A stretch of DNA of 64,000 nucleotides from an uncultured Bdellovibrionales bacterium (lineage in GTDB: Bacteria; Myxococcota; XYA12-FULL-58-9; CAYXVF01): positions 26,605 to 90,604 of the forward strand of contig CAYXVF010000004.1 of assembly GCA_964468125.1 (NCBI GenBank), in the 5' to 3' direction. Under the pieces are notes generated by a model. It searched no databases. It saw only the letters and a list, made by a program, of their open reading frames with translations, and was not told the origin of the DNA. Both the position numbers and the translations under genes were made by a program. Shown in pieces: positions 20,496 through 33,922 of this stretch (positions are counted from its first letter, which is position 1; every line of letters starts with the position of its first letter).

Positions 20496-20793
20496 TTGTC
20501 GCTGACATCGTCGGCGGGGGCACCCGCACCCACCGGTTCCGGTCTCGTCGCTCTAACCCTTCGGTCGAACGAGAATGACGACGCAGCGCGCGATCAAACC
20601 TGTGCGGCAAAAGGTCGCATACGCTTCGCCTAGGCCAATCTACATGCCCGATCTGGTTGATTTTCGGCCGGCGGATGGTTAATTCCCCCTGCGCCCGTGT
20701 CGCGAATCGCTATCGCCGGGGAAGCATCTAGGGATCGAAACTCCAAGCAACCCGGTGACAATCACTGTCGCTGAAAGAGAGCTAGGACCGAGC

Positions 20794-21450
20794 ATGAGCA
20801 ACTTTCGATTTCCGCCATGGACGAACAAGATCAAGCTTCTCGCAGGAGCAGCCGGCCCTGTCCTCCTCGTCTGGGCCGTCATCGGTGTGAACTACGGCTT
20901 TTCCCCCGCGGCAACGGACATCGGCTATCAGCCAGTGCAGCCGATCGAATTCAGCCACCAAATCCATGCGGGGCAGCTCGGCACCGACTGCCGCTATTGC
21001 CACAACACGGTCGAGTTGGGCTCGCACTCGCCGCTGCCGACCACCGAGACGTGCATGAATTGCCACTCGATGGTGCACACGAAGAGCGAGAAGCTGGCGC
21101 TCCTGCGCCAGAGTTGGGAAGACCCCGCAGACCAGACGCCCATCCCCTGGGTGCGCATTCACGACCTCCCGGACTACGCGTATTTCAACCACTCCGCGCA
21201 CGTGAATCGCGGCGTGGGCTGCGCGTCCTGCCACGGTCGCATCGACCAGATGGAAGTCGTCTACCAGGCTGAAAAGCTGAGCATGGGCTGGTGCCTCGAA
21301 TGCCACCGCGAGCCCGAGCAGCACCTCCGGCCGCAGGATCGGATCACCGACATGGACTGGGCCCCCGAGGACCAGATCGCGATCGGCATGCAGATCAAAG
21401 AAGAGCGCAACATCAACCCGCCGCACAGCTGTTCGGGGTGTCACCGATGA
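20794..21450 (+). CDS. actA: Alternative Complex III subunit ActA (pentahaem cytochrome c).
   Basis: Five CXXCH motifs: CRYCHN, CMNCHS, CASCHG, CLECHR, CSGCHR. N-terminal TM anchor. ATG at 20794 has an AGAGAG RBS upstream; the track ORF begins at an upstream GTG at 20755. Confidence 0.8.
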   Translation: MSNFRFPPWTNKIKLLAGAAGPVLLVWAVIGVNYGFSPAATDIGYQPVQPIEFSHQIHAGQLGTDCRYCHNTVELGSHSPLPTTETCMNCHSMVHTKSEKLALLRQSWEDPADQTPIPWVRIHDLPDYAYFNHSAHVNRGVGCASCHGRIDQMEVVYQAEKLSMGWCLECHREPEQHLRPQDRITDMDWAPEDQIAIGMQIKEERNINPPHSCSGCHR

Positions 21451-24400
21451 AGAATAACCGCACGAAAGTCCGGGCGCGCTTTTGGCGCAGCCTCAACGAG
21501 CTTCAAAACAACGACGATTTTCGTCGCTACGTCGAAGGTGAGTTTCCGGAAGCGGCGGACACCCCTCCGGATTCGGCCTCCCGCCGTCAGTTCGTGCAGC
21601 TCATGGGCGCGAGCTTCGCGCTCGCCGGTGGAGCCTCTGGGTGCCGCTGGCCCCGTGAGGAGCTGCGCCCCTACACCCGTCGTCCCGAGGGCCTAATCCC
21701 CGGAGTGCCGAAGATGTTTGCTTCGGCGATGGAGCTCGGCGGCGTTGCTGGCGGCGTCCAGGTGAAGAGCTTCGACGGGCGTCCGATCAAAGTCGAAGGG
21801 AATCCGAAGCACCCGACGTCACGCGGCAAGTCAACGACGCTTCAGCAGGCTGCGGTCCTCGAACTCTACGATCCGGACCGCAACCACGACGCCATGAAGA
21901 AGGACGGCAGCGGCAGCATGGCCGAGTTCCGGACCTGGGCTGAGAAACACTTCGGTGGCCTGGGCAAGGGTCAGGGTCTTGCGTTCCTTGCTGAATCCTC
22001 GAGCTCGCCGACGCGCGCTCGTCTCGAAGCGATGATCCGGGAGAAGATGCCGGACGCGAGCTGGCACGTGTACGAGTCGGTGAACCGCGACAACGAACTG
22101 CGCGGTGCACAGATCGCCTTCGGCAAGGCGGTCCGCACGCACGCCGATCTGTCGAGCGCGAAGGTCGTGCTCGCCCTCGATGCGGACCTGCTCGACAGCC
22201 ACCCGAATGCCCAGAAGATGGCTCGGGACTGGGCGGAAAACCGCAACCCAGAGGCTGGCGACATGAACCGCCTCTACGCGGTCGAAAGCCGCTACAGCAA
22301 CACCGGCGCCGCCGCCGACAACCGACTTCCGCTGCGCGCGGAGCAGATCAAGCCTTTCGCGATGGCGCTCGAGGCGGCTGTTCGCGCACACCCGACGGTC
22401 CAGGCGTCCGTCAGCGAGATGCAGGCGCCTGCTGCTGCACCTTCGAGCGGCTTTCTCGCAGGTGACAAGGCGAAGACCTGGATCGCGGAGCTCGTGAAGG
22501 ATCTCGTTGCGCACCGCGGACGCAGCGCGGTGGTCGCGGGGCCTCACGTAGACGCTGAGGTCCACGCGATCGTGCACCGCCTGAACCGGGCGCTCGGCAA
22601 CGTCGGCAAGACCATCCTCTACACCGCGGAGCCGACTCCCGAGCTCGCGAGCGATTCTCTGACGGAGCTCGTGAAGAACATCAGTGGGGGCGCGGTGAAG
22701 ACCCTGGTTGTCCTCGGGACGAACCCGGTCTACAGCGCTCCCGCCGCTGTCGCGGTCGCGGAGGCCTTCGGCAAGGTCGAAACGCTCGTGCACCTCGGCG
22801 AGCACGACGAGACCGGCAAGATGGCGACCTGGTGCGTGCCACGCTCCCACTGGCTCGAATCTTGGGGCGATGCGCGCGCCTTTGACGGCACCGTCAGCGT
22901 CGTACAACCGCTGATCGCGCCCCTGCACTTCTCGATGAGCGAGATCGAGCTCCTCGCGATGATTCTCGGTGAGAAGAAAGACGGCAAGGCGCTCGTCACC
23001 GAGACCTTCGCCGAGCTTCGGGGTCTGTCGCTCGCCGATTCGGCGGCCGAACAGAAGGCGATGGACGACAAGATGCAGCCGATCACCAGCGGTGGATATC
23101 GGCTGCCGCCCCTGCTCACCACCTTTGACCGCGCCTGGCGCAAGGCGCTCGAAGACGGCTTCGTGGATGGAACCGCCTTCCTGCCCGAAACCCCGGAGCT
23201 CGTGGAGTTCGAGATCACGGCGGCGGATGCGGCGGCCCTGAAGGCCTCCGACGAGCTGCAAAACGGCGAGCTGGAGCTGACCTTCTATGCGGACCCGGCG
23301 CTCTACGACGGCCGCTTCGCCAACAACGGCTGGCTCCAGGAACTGCCGGACTACATGACCAAGGTCGCCTGGGACAACGTGGCGATCTTCGGCCCCAACA
23401 CGGCGAAGACGCTCGACGTGCACGACGAGGATCTCGTAACCCTCACCGTCGGCGGCGCATCGATTCAAGCCGCGGCGCTCGTCATGCCAGGGCAGGCCAC
23501 AAACTCGGTGGCGATCTCTCTCGGTTACGGTCGAACGGTCACGGGCCGCATCGGCCGCGAGTATGACTCCGTTCCCTATCAGACCGGTTTTGATACCGCC
23601 GCGGTCCGCCCGGCGGATGGCGCAATGCGAGTCAGCGGTCTCAAGGTCGACAAGACCGGCAAGAAGTATCCCCTCGCCGCCACTCAGGACCACTGGGCCA
23701 TCGACGACCTTGGCATGCAGGAGCGGGAGAACCGCTCGCGCAACCTGATCCGAAGCGCCGACCTGAAACACTTCAAGGAGAAACCGGATTTCGTCGAGGA
23801 CTACGAGCACGGCCCGAAGGGCATCAAGCTCTACAGTCACCCGGAGCAGTTCGAGGGCTACAAGTGGGCGATGGCGATCGACCTGTCGAAGTGCACTGGA
23901 TGCAACGCATGCAGCATCGCCTGCCAAGCGGAGAACAACATCCCGGTGGTCGGCAAGGACAGCGTGCGCAAGGGCCGAGAGATGCACTGGATCCGCATTG
24001 ACCGCTACTTCCAGGGCGACCCGGAAGAAGCGCAGGTGGCCGCGCAACCTCTCACCTGCATGCAGTGTGAGAACGCCCCGTGTGAGCAGGTCTGTCCGGT
24101 CGCCGCGACGGTGCACGACGAAGAGGGTCTCAACGCGATGGTCTACAACCGTTGCATCGGCACCCGTTACTGCTCAAACAACTGCCCGTTCAAGGTTCGA
24201 CGCTTCAACTGGTTCCAGTACCACGAGATGGACAAGAACCCGAGCGCGCTCACGCAGCACATGCTCTACAACCCGGAAGTCACCGTTCGCTTCCGCGGTG
24301 TGATGGAGAAATGCACGTACTGCTCACAACGCATTCAGGCCGCGAAGATCCAGGCCAAGGTAGAGAAGCGAACTCTGCAGGATGGCGACATCGTCACGGC

Positions 24401-24610
24401 GTGTCAGCAGGCCTGCCCGAGCGATGCGATCACCTTCGGCGACCTCAACGACAAGAAGGCGAAGGTCAGCCAACTGCAGGAGCGCGCGCGCACCTACGGC
24501 TTGCTCAATGAGCTGAATCTGAACGTCCGAACGAAGTACTTGGCGAAGATCACGAACCCGAACGAGACGCTGGCACCTAAGTCAGAGCACCACGGGGGAG
24601 GACACCACTG

Positions 24611-24611
<1 letters not shown>
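21447..24611 (+). CDS. actB: Alternative Complex III subunit ActB (molybdopterin-oxidoreductase-like plus 4Fe-4S ferredoxin domains).
   Basis: Start [13 protein letters not shown] overlaps the actA stop (ATGA). Tat-like [12 protein letters not shown]-terminal Cys clusters [37 protein letters not shown] and CTYCSQR. Confidence 0.85.
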
Positions 24612-26020
<1,409 letters not shown>

Positions 26021-26022
26021 AG

Positions 26023-27246
26023 ATGTCTGACAAGAAACTTCCGAACTACGGCTACCTCGCCCACTACTCGAACACGACGGACCTCGTGGACGCGTGCGAA
26101 AAGGTGCGCGACGCGGGGTATAGCAAGTGGGACGCGTACTCGCCGTTCCCCGTGCACGGCATCGACCCGGCGATGGGCATCAAGCCGACGATTCTGCCGT
26201 GGCTCGTCCTCGGCGGTGGATTGACCGGCTGCAGCGGTGCAATCCTGATGCAGTGGTGGATGAACGCCATCGACTACCCGTACCTGATCTCGGGCAAGCC
26301 GCTCTGGTCGATCCCGGCGAACATTCCCGTCGCCTTCGAGCTCACGATCCTCTTGAGCGCGCTGACCGCGTTCTTCGGCGTGCTCGCGTTGAACAACCTG
26401 CCGGACTGGTTTCATCCGCTCTTCAGGAGCGACCGGTTTGCCCGGGTGACCGACGACGGCTTCTTCATCGCGATCGAGGCCAAGGACCCGCGCTTTGATG
26501 AGACGGAGACCCGCCTCCTCCTCGAGGGTACGAAGCCCGTCGGCCTGGAAATGGTGGAAGATGATTCGGAGGTCGGGGCCAAGTTCCCCGCGCCGGTGGT
26601 CTACGGGCTCACCATCGCGGCGGCGCTGCTCCTGGTCCCGCTGACCTTTGCGGCCAAGGCCTACACCATTCGTAGCCCTGAGCCCCGCATCCATCTGATC
26701 CAGAACATGGACAACCAGACCCGGTTCAAGGCGCAGCACTCGAACACCTACTTCGCCGACGGTCGGGCCATGCGTCCGCAGCTGGCGGGGACGGTCGCCG
26801 TGGGCGACTCCCGCCTCGACAACCACTTCTGGCGGGGCATGGACGAAAACGGCGATTGGGTCACGAGCTTCCCGGAGCAGATCGCGCTCACGCAGGAGAC
26901 GGTCGAGCGTGGCCAGGAGCGGTTCAATATCTACTGCTCCACCTGCCACGGCTACACCGGAACCGGTCAGGGCATGGTGCACAAGCGCGCCAGCTCCCTC
27001 GACCCGGAGAAGACGGGCACGAATTGGGTTCAGCCCACGAACATTCACCTCGACTACGTGAAGGCGCAGCCCCACGGGCAGCTCTTCAACACGATCAGCA
27101 ACGGTGCCCGCAACATGTACGGCTACGGTTCGCTCATCACGGTCGAAGACCGCTGGGCCATCGTCGCCTACATTCGCGCGCTCCAGCGCAGCCAGGAAAC
27201 GGTTTTGGACGACGTACCCTCCGAGCAACGCTCGAACCTGAAGTGA
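26023..27246 (+). CDS. actDE: Fused ActD-ActE: membrane subunit plus a monohaem cytochrome c domain.
   Basis: N-terminal soluble region and TM helices typical of ActD. Single C-terminal CSTCHGYTG haem site with the axial Met region (ActE-like). Confidence 0.7.
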   Translation: MSDKKLPNYGYLAHYSNTTDLVDACEKVRDAGYSKWDAYSPFPVHGIDPAMGIKPTILPWLVLGGGLTGCSGAILMQWWMNAIDYPYLISGKPLWSIPANIPVAFELTILLSALTAFFGVLALNNLPDWFHPLFRSDRFARVTDDGFFIAIEAKDPRFDETETRLLLEGTKPVGLEMVEDDSEVGAKFPAPVVYGLTIAAALLLVPLTFAAKAYTIRSPEPRIHLIQNMDNQTRFKAQHSNTYFADGRAMRPQLAGTVAVGDSRLDNHFWRGMDENGDWVTSFPEQIALTQETVERGQERFNIYCSTCHGYTGTGQGMVHKRASSLDPEKTGTNWVQPTNIHLDYVKAQPHGQLFNTISNGARNMYGYGSLITVEDRWAIVAYIRALQRSQETVLDDVPSEQRSNLK

Positions 27247-27261
27247 GCGTGGAGAACAGCA

Positions 27262-28497
27262 ATGGGTAGACGACAGATTCCAACCCTCGAAGGCGATAAC
27301 CTCGAGTTCGACGCTCCCGCCAAAACCATGATGACGGTGGGGATCATCGCGGGCCTCGTAGGCCTCGGCGGCTCCTTCGCCCTCGGCGCGAGCCGTGGGG
27401 ATCACATGGCGGCCTTCCTCTTCAGCTATCTCGTGGCCTTCGCGTTTTTCCTCGCGATCGCTTTGGGCGCGCTGTTCTTCGTGACCAGTCAGTTCCTGTT
27501 CCGCGCCGGCTGGTCCGTCCTGGTTCGTCGCGTCGCGGAGATCGTCGCCGGCACGCTTCCGATCTTCGCGCTCCTAGCGCTCGTGATCATTGTCCCGACG
27601 ATGAGCGGTAACCACCATCTCTACGAGTGGGTGGACCACGAGCTGATGGCGAGCGACCCGATCCTCGCGCACAAAGAGCCCTACCTGAACACGACGTTCT
27701 TCCTGATCCGGATGGTCGTCTACTTCGTGTTCTGGAGCGCGATGGCCTGGTTCTTCCTGTCCAACTCGACAAAGCAGGACAGTGACGGCGACTGGAAGCG
27801 TACGCGCTGGATGGAGATTCTGGCCGCACCGGGCACGCTTCTCTTCGCGCTCACGATCACCTTCGCCGCCGTAGACTTCATCATGGCGCTGATGCCGCAC
27901 TGGTTCTCGACCATCATCGGGGTCTATTACTTCGCCGGGGCCTTCGGCAGCGGCATGGCGTTTCTCATCCTGATGGTGCGCTATCTGCAGTCGACCGGCC
28001 GTCTGAAGACCGTCAACGCCGAGCACTTCCAGGACATGGGCAAGCTCATGTTCGCCTTCATCGTGTTCTGGGCGTACATCGCGTTCAGCCAGTTCATGCT
28101 GATCTGGTACGCGAACATGCCTGAGGGCACGCAGTTCTACGAGATCCGTCAAGAAGGCGCCTGGGTCGGCTGGAGCTGGGGACTGCTCCTCATTCACTTC
28201 GTGATCCCGTTCCTCGGCGTGATGTCCAGGCACGTGAAGCGCAACCGCTTTGGCCTGCTCTTCTGGGCCTCCTGGATGCTCGTCGCGCACTGGTGGGACA
28301 TGTATTACATGGTGAAGCCGAGCTTCGCGCACCACCACCACCCCGGTTCGCTCTCCCTCGATATTCTGGACCTCACCTGCTTCATCGGGGTCGGTGGGTT
28401 CTTCATCTTCGCCATCGGCTTCATCGGTCGCGGGCGAAAGCTCGTTCCGATGAAGGATCCGCGGCTCGGCGAGTCGCTGGCCTTCGAGAACGTGTAA
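27262..28497 (+). CDS. actF: Alternative Complex III subunit ActF (second NrfD-like membrane subunit).
   Basis: 411-aa polytopic membrane protein in the ACIII gene order. Confidence 0.8.
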   Translation: MGRRQIPTLEGDNLEFDAPAKTMMTVGIIAGLVGLGGSFALGASRGDHMAAFLFSYLVAFAFFLAIALGALFFVTSQFLFRAGWSVLVRRVAEIVAGTLPIFALLALVIIVPTMSGNHHLYEWVDHELMASDPILAHKEPYLNTTFFLIRMVVYFVFWSAMAWFFLSNSTKQDSDGDWKRTRWMEILAAPGTLLFALTITFAAVDFIMALMPHWFSTIIGVYYFAGAFGSGMAFLILMVRYLQSTGRLKTVNAEHFQDMGKLMFAFIVFWAYIAFSQFMLIWYANMPEGTQFYEIRQEGAWVGWSWGLLLIHFVIPFLGVMSRHVKRNRFGLLFWASWMLVAHWWDMYYMVKPSFAHHHHPGSLSLDILDLTCFIGVGGFFIFAIGFIGRGRKLVPMKDPRLGESLAFENV

Positions 28498-28512
28498 TCG
28501 AGGTGATTTTCA

Positions 28513-29136
28513 ATGGCTACAGAAGAGGACAAGGTCGACGTGGGTAAGATCTTCACTATCGGAGTCGTCGGCGCGATCATCACCTACTCGATGGTGGTCG
28601 CCGCCCAGTTTGTCCATTTCCAAATGGGCGAGGCGGAATTCGCACGTAAAAACGCGAATCCCCCGAAAGAGCTTCAGGAATACATGGACCAGCAGGAAGC
28701 GGAGCTCGCCGCTTACGGATACGTCGACAAGGACGCCGAGACGGTCAAGATCCCGATCGAGCGCGCCATTGCAATGACCGTGGAGAGCGGCGGCCAGCTT
28801 CCGGAGATTAAGAAGGACGAGATCCCGGAAGACGCGTCTCCCGCACAGCTCGGCCAGGGGCTTTATGTCTCCCTCGGCTGCAACGCGTGCCATTCCCTCG
28901 ACGGAACCAAAATCGTCGGCCCCTCCTTCAAGGGGGTTTGGGGTGAGCAGCACAAATTCACCAACGGCGAACAGGCGATGGTAAATGCGGCCTACGTGAA
29001 GAACTCGGTGCTCTACCCGGCGAGCCAGATCGTCGAGGGCTACCCGGCGGTGATGCCGGCCTACGAAGGACGGGTCTCGGACGAGGACCTGGTGAACATC
29101 GCGGCGTTCATCGAGTCCCTCGGCGCCGACAGCTAA
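28513..29136 (+). CDS. Membrane-anchored class I cytochrome c (caa3-associated type).
   Basis: N-terminal TM helix. Haem site CNACHSLDGTKIVGPSFKGVWG and the axial Met region AVMPAYEG. Closely resembles the cytochrome c domain of the downstream coxB. Confidence 0.7.
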   Translation: MATEEDKVDVGKIFTIGVVGAIITYSMVVAAQFVHFQMGEAEFARKNANPPKELQEYMDQQEAELAAYGYVDKDAETVKIPIERAIAMTVESGGQLPEIKKDEIPEDASPAQLGQGLYVSLGCNACHSLDGTKIVGPSFKGVWGEQHKFTNGEQAMVNAAYVKNSVLYPASQIVEGYPAVMPAYEGRVSDEDLVNIAAFIESLGADS

Positions 29137-29169
29137 GGCAACGCGTACGACCATCCCGGATTCGACAGC

Positions 29170-29209
29170 GGGCGCGCCCCCCTACTAGGGAGCGCGCCCG
29201 TTTCTTTTT
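29170..29209 (+). terminator. Rho-independent terminator after the ACIII / cytochrome c genes.
   Basis: GC stem GGGCGCGC / GCGCGCCC (29170-29199) followed by TTTCTTTTT (29201-29209). Confidence 0.6.
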
Positions 29210-29330
29210 GAATATACCGAATGGAATGCTGCGACTCCGGCCAAACGTTCAAAACGTCCGCCTGCCAGTAGCGAATTACTAAGCGAAATCCCCGGAGTTT
29301 CGACGCAATTCGGCATTTTGAGTGTAGGAA

Positions 29331-30356
29331 TTGGGATCTGTTTGGTGTAGTGGCAGGCGCGTGACGAGGATCAAGAACGCTGCTCGGCGCCCTAGGGCAC
29401 CCCAGCGAACGACGGAACGAACCTGCTGCAGTTTTTGGGTGACGCTTCCAGCCCTCGCGTTCTCCCTGTGCGCCGCGGCCGCCACTGAGTCGCAGGCGAG
29501 CAAACCGCCGGCGGATGCTCCCGTCATCGAAGCGTCGCCCGAGCAGGGCGAGCTCAGCCAGAAGCAGATGTTCGGCGGCACCGCTGAGGAAAACGGTCGT
29601 ACGTCACGGAAAGAACCGCTCCCGAAGCAACTGACCGGCGTCGGCGTCGAAGAAAAACTCGAAGCTCCCCTGCCTCTCAACTTGGAGTTCCAAAACAGTG
29701 CGGGGGAGTCGATCCGCCTTGGCGATCTGCTCGATGGCGACAAGCCAGTGCTGCTCACCATGAACTACTCCAACTGCCCCATGCTCTGCTCGCTGATGCT
29801 GAATGGCTTGGTCGACGGCCTCGAGCAGATGCAGTGGACCGTCGGCAAGCAGTTCGAGATCATCACCGTTTCTCTCGACCCAGAAGAAACCCCGGCGCGG
29901 GCGCTCTCGAGCAAAGAGCGCTACCTGAGCCAATATGGCCGCGACGACCCCGCGGTCGCAGCGGGGTGGCACTTCCTGGTAGGAGAAGAGAAGAATGTGC
30001 GCGCCCTCGCGGACGCCGTGGGATTTGGCTACCGCTACAGCGAAGAGCGCCAGGAATATCTGCACGCGGCTGCTCTGATGGTGATCACCCCGGACGCGAA
30101 AGTGTCACGCTATCTCTACGGCATCACTTACAGCCCGAAGACGGTGCGCCTGTCTCTCGCGGAGGCGAGCGACGGGAAATTCGCGAGCACGATCGATCAG
30201 CTGATCCTGTTCTGTTTCCACTACGACGAGACCGTAGGCCGCTATGCGCCGGTCGCGCGCAACATCATGACGCTCGGTGGAGCGCTCACGGTGCTGTTGT
30301 TGGGTTTGTTTCTGGGAGGTTTCTGGATAAAGGAGGCCCAGAGATCGGAAATCTAA
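29331..30356 (+). CDS. SCO1/SenC family copper chaperone (thioredoxin-like, CuA assembly). Start codon uncertain.
   Basis: LLTMNYSNCPMLCS (CxxxC) and a C-terminal TM helix. Position directly upstream of coxB is typical. Confidence 0.75.
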   Translation: MGSVWCSGRRVTRIKNAARRPRAPQRTTERTCCSFWVTLPALAFSLCAAAATESQASKPPADAPVIEASPEQGELSQKQMFGGTAEENGRTSRKEPLPKQLTGVGVEEKLEAPLPLNLEFQNSAGESIRLGDLLDGDKPVLLTMNYSNCPMLCSLMLNGLVDGLEQMQWTVGKQFEIITVSLDPEETPARALSSKERYLSQYGRDDPAVAAGWHFLVGEEKNVRALADAVGFGYRYSEERQEYLHAAALMVITPDAKVSRYLYGITYSPKTVRLSLAEASDGKFASTIDQLILFCFHYDETVGRYAPVARNIMTLGGALTVLLLGLFLGGFWIKEAQRSEI

Positions 30357-30403
30357 AAGGTGAGAAGGGCACCTAAAGGCGAAAGGGTGACCGAGGGAAA
30401 TCA

Positions 30404-31390
30404 ATGACTGTCGTAAATGCTTTGTTGAATTCGGCACTTAGCGCGACCGACGGGAGCTCGTTCTGGTTCCCGGCGCAGGCTTCAACCTCCGCTGAGACGA
30501 TCGATTTCGTCTACTACTTCATCTACTACATCTGCATCTTCTTCTTCGTCGTCATCGGCGCGGCGGTCATCTTCCTCACCCTGCGCTACCGCCGAAAGAC
30601 CCGCGACGAGCTCGCCGGTCGCGCCCCGAGCCACTCCAACACGCTCGAGATCACATGGTCGGTGATTCCCGCGATCCTCTGTGTCTTCATCTTCTACTTC
30701 GGCACCGTCGGCTTCATGGACCTGCGCACCTCGCCGGACGACGCGACAGAAGTGACCGTGCGCGGTTGGAAGTGGGCCTGGGAATTTGAATACGCGAGCG
30801 GCGCCACCTCGGACGTGCTGCACGCGGTCAAAGGCCAGCCGACGAAGCTCATCATGTACTCGGATGACGTGATCCATTCCTTCTTTGTCCCTTCGTTCCG
30901 GGTGAAGCAGGACGTGGTTCCCGGACGCTACACCACGCTCTGGTTCGAGCCGACGCTCGCCGGTGAGCATCAGGTCTACTGCACCGAATACTGCGGCACG
31001 AAGCACTCGGACATGCTCGCAACGGTCATGGTCCACGAGACTCAGGAAGAATACGACGCGGTGATGAAGGGTCTCGCGAACAAGTACGAGGGTCTCACCG
31101 CAGCGCAGTCCGGCGAGCTGCTCTACAAGGCAAAGGGCTGCAATGCGTGCCACTCGGTCGACGGCAGCAAAGTCGTCGGCCCGACCTTCAAGGGGCTCTA
31201 CGGCAAGGAGCGCAAGTTCGTCGACGCGACCAGCGAGAACGCGGACGAAAACTACATTCGCAACTCTCTGCTCTACCCTCAGAAACAGGTCGTCGCGAAC
31301 TATCCTCCGGTCATGCCCGCCTACCAAGGCCAGCTCACCGACGACGAAGTCGGCTACATCATCGAATACATCAAATCGTTGAACGAGTGA
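30404..31390 (+). CDS. coxB: Cytochrome c oxidase subunit II with a fused C-terminal cytochrome c domain (caa3 type).
   Basis: CuA site [13 protein letters not shown]...[14 protein letters not shown]-terminal haem site CNACHSVDG...PVMPAYQG. Confidence 0.9.
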   Translation: MTVVNALLNSALSATDGSSFWFPAQASTSAETIDFVYYFIYYICIFFFVVIGAAVIFLTLRYRRKTRDELAGRAPSHSNTLEITWSVIPAILCVFIFYFGTVGFMDLRTSPDDATEVTVRGWKWAWEFEYASGATSDVLHAVKGQPTKLIMYSDDVIHSFFVPSFRVKQDVVPGRYTTLWFEPTLAGEHQVYCTEYCGTKHSDMLATVMVHETQEEYDAVMKGLANKYEGLTAAQSGELLYKAKGCNACHSVDGSKVVGPTFKGLYGKERKFVDATSENADENYIRNSLLYPQKQVVANYPPVMPAYQGQLTDDEVGYIIEYIKSLNE

Positions 31391-31403
31391 GGGAGCTCTA
31401 GCG

Positions 31404-33077
31404 ATGACGACTCTTGACGCCACGCTCGACCACACACCGGTCGAGCCCATTGATGAAAACTATCTGACGCACAGTCGAGGGCTGCTCTCCTGGCTCGTGA
31501 CCCTCGACCACAAGCGCATCGGGGTCATGTACCTGATGGGGACGACCGCCGCTCTGATGCTCGGCGGTGTGTTCGCGCTGCTGCTGCGCACGGAGCTCCT
31601 GACGCCCGGACCGACGGTGATGGCCCACGACGCCTACAACCGGATGTTCACGCTCCACGGCGCGATCATGGTCTTCCTCTTCATCATTCCGTCGATCCCC
31701 GCCGCCATCGGTAACTTCGTTTTGCCGGTGATGCTGGGCGCGAAGGATGTCGCGTTTCCGCGGATGAACCTCGCCAGCTTCTACCTCTGGATCGGCGGCG
31801 CGATTTTCTTCCTCTGGACGATGTACGCGAGCTCGATCGACACCGGATGGACGTTCTACACGCCCTACTCCTCGAGCACGGACACGGGCTCGCAAGGCAG
31901 CGTGATCAGCGCCACCACCGGCGTGTTCGTCCTAGGCTTCAGCTCGATTTTCACGGGACTGAACTTCATCGTCACCGTTCACAAGCTGCGACCGCCGGGC
32001 ATGAGCTGGTTCAAGATGCCCCTGTTCATCTGGGCGATCTACGCGACCTCCGTGATCCAGGTCCTCGCAACCCCGGTGCTCGGAATCACGATGCTGCTCC
32101 TGATCGTGGAGCGCACCCTCGGAGTGGGTATCTTCGATCCCACCCTCGGCGGTGACCCAGTGCTGTTCCAGCACTTCTTCTGGTTCTACAGCCACCCGGC
32201 GGTTTACATCATGATCTTGCCCGGAATGGGCGTAATCTCTGAGCTGATCTCGGTGCACAGCCGCCGCTCGGTCTTCGGCTATCGCTTCATCGCTTTTTCG
32301 TCGCTCGCAATCGCGCTCATCGGATTCTTGGTCTGGGGTCACCACATGTTCACGAGCGGTCAGTCCGCACTCGCGAGCGTGGTGTTCTCGGCGCTGACCT
32401 TCGCCGTCGCGATCCCGTCGGCGATCAAGATCTTCAACTGGACCGCGACGCTCTATCGCGGCTCGATCGCACTCAACAGTCCGATGCTCTACGCCCTTGG
32501 CTTCTTGTTCCTCTTCTTGATCGGCGGGCTCACCGGTCTGTTCCTCGCGACCCTCGCAACCGACATTCACCTGCACGACACCTACTTCGTGGTCGCACAC
32601 TTTCACTACGTGATGGTGGGTGGAACGCTGATGGCGCTTCTCGGCGGCCTGTACCACTGGTGGCCGAAGATGTTTGGCCGGATGTACAACGAAACCTGGG
32701 GCAAGATCGGCGCGGTCCTGGTGTTCTTGGGCTTCAACTTCACCTTCTTCCCGCAGTTCGTGCTCGGTGCGCGGGGAATGCCGCGGCGCTACTTCAACTA
32801 TCTGCCGGAGTTCCAAACGGGCCACATCGCCTCCACCGCCGGCGCCTATCTGCTCGGCTTTGGCATTCTCTTCGCGTTCGCGGGCCTCGCCTGGTCTGCC
32901 TTCAAGGGCCCCAAGGCGCCTGCCAATCCCTGGGGCGCGAACACGCTCGAGTGGAAGTGCAGCTCGCCGCCGCCCTACTACAACTTCCACCACGCGCCCG
33001 AGGTCGACAACCCGTACGACTACTCGGGCAAGGTTTACGACGAGAAGACCGGCGGATACGTCGACGCATCGGCCTGA
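31404..33077 (+). CDS. ctaD: Cytochrome c oxidase subunit I.
   Basis: 557 aa. Canonical motifs GGFGN-like VPLMLGA, WFFGHPEVY-like [12 protein letters not shown] and HFHYVM. Confidence 0.95.
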   Translation: MTTLDATLDHTPVEPIDENYLTHSRGLLSWLVTLDHKRIGVMYLMGTTAALMLGGVFALLLRTELLTPGPTVMAHDAYNRMFTLHGAIMVFLFIIPSIPAAIGNFVLPVMLGAKDVAFPRMNLASFYLWIGGAIFFLWTMYASSIDTGWTFYTPYSSSTDTGSQGSVISATTGVFVLGFSSIFTGLNFIVTVHKLRPPGMSWFKMPLFIWAIYATSVIQVLATPVLGITMLLLIVERTLGVGIFDPTLGGDPVLFQHFFWFYSHPAVYIMILPGMGVISELISVHSRRSVFGYRFIAFSSLAIALIGFLVWGHHMFTSGQSALASVVFSALTFAVAIPSAIKIFNWTATLYRGSIALNSPMLYALGFLFLFLIGGLTGLFLATLATDIHLHDTYFVVAHFHYVMVGGTLMALLGGLYHWWPKMFGRMYNETWGKIGAVLVFLGFNFTFFPQFVLGARGMPRRYFNYLPEFQTGHIASTAGAYLLGFGILFAFAGLAWSAFKGPKAPANPWGANTLEWKCSSPPPYYNFHHAPEVDNPYDYSGKVYDEKTGGYVDASA

Positions 33078-33103
33078 AAGGCCACTCTGGGGGAGAGAAG
33101 TAA

Positions 33104-33910
33104 ATGACGGCACTCGCTCACGGCGACGAGGGTCACGGCGAACACGGTCGCGACCACCACAGTCCTGACCTCGCCCACCACTTTGACTCGTACAAGCAGC
33201 AGTTTGACTCGGGCAAGCTCGGGATCTGGCTGTTTCTGGCGCAGGAGGTGCTGTTCTTCAGCGCTCTCTTCGTCGCCTACACCCTCTACCGGGCGAACCA
33301 CCCGGAGATCTTCGTCGAAGGCCACAAGTTCCTCGACGTGAAATGGGGCGCGATCAACACGGTAGTGCTTCTGACCTCATCGCTCACCGCGGCGTGGTCG
33401 GTGCGAGCCGCCCAGCTCAATCAGCGCGGCGTGCTGATCGCGACGCTCGCGATCACCATCATGTGTGCCTTCGGCTTCTTGGGCATCAAGTACATCGAGT
33501 ACAGCCACAAGATTCACGAAGGCATTCTCTGGGGACAGTACTTCGATCCCCAGCACGGCCCGGCCCACGGGGCGGATGCAGGACATGGTGCGGAGGCCGG
33601 CGCCGCTGCAGGGCACTCGGCCGGCGCGGAAGCGGGACACGGTGCGAGCGCGGAGCCCGGAGCGGAAACCGCGAAGTACACCGGCCCGCGCTATCTCCCG
33701 AACTTCTTCAGCGTCTACTTCATGATGACCGGCCTGCACGGCATTCACGTGATCGCCGGCATCATCGTGTACGTGTGGCTGTTGAGTCGCGCTTTGCGCG
33801 GGCACTTCAACGAGAACTACTTCGGTCCCGTCGACTACGCCGCGCTCTACTGGCACTTGGTCGACCTGGTGTGGATCTACCTCTTCCCCCTCCTCTACCT
33901 CATTCACTGA
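33104..33910 (+). CDS. coxC: Cytochrome c oxidase subunit III.
   Basis: Heme-copper oxidase subunit III fold with WYWHFVD-like [18 protein letters not shown] at the C-terminus. Confidence 0.9.
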   Translation: MTALAHGDEGHGEHGRDHHSPDLAHHFDSYKQQFDSGKLGIWLFLAQEVLFFSALFVAYTLYRANHPEIFVEGHKFLDVKWGAINTVVLLTSSLTAAWSVRAAQLNQRGVLIATLAITIMCAFGFLGIKYIEYSHKIHEGILWGQYFDPQHGPAHGADAGHGAEAGAAAGHSAGAEAGHGASAEPGAETAKYTGPRYLPNFFSVYFMMTGLHGIHVIAGIIVYVWLLSRALRGHFNENYFGPVDYAALYWHLVDLVWIYLFPLLYLIH

Positions 33911-33922
33911 TCGGAGCACGCC

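Noticed and set aside
21831-24116. 761-aa minus-strand ORF antisense to actB, plus other long antisense ORFs such as 31932..33113, 10295..10999, 11393..12403 and 27574..28341.
   Set aside because: No motifs, extreme Arg/Asp/Glu/His bias. They overlap genes with unambiguous identity (actB, ctaD, alaS, actF).
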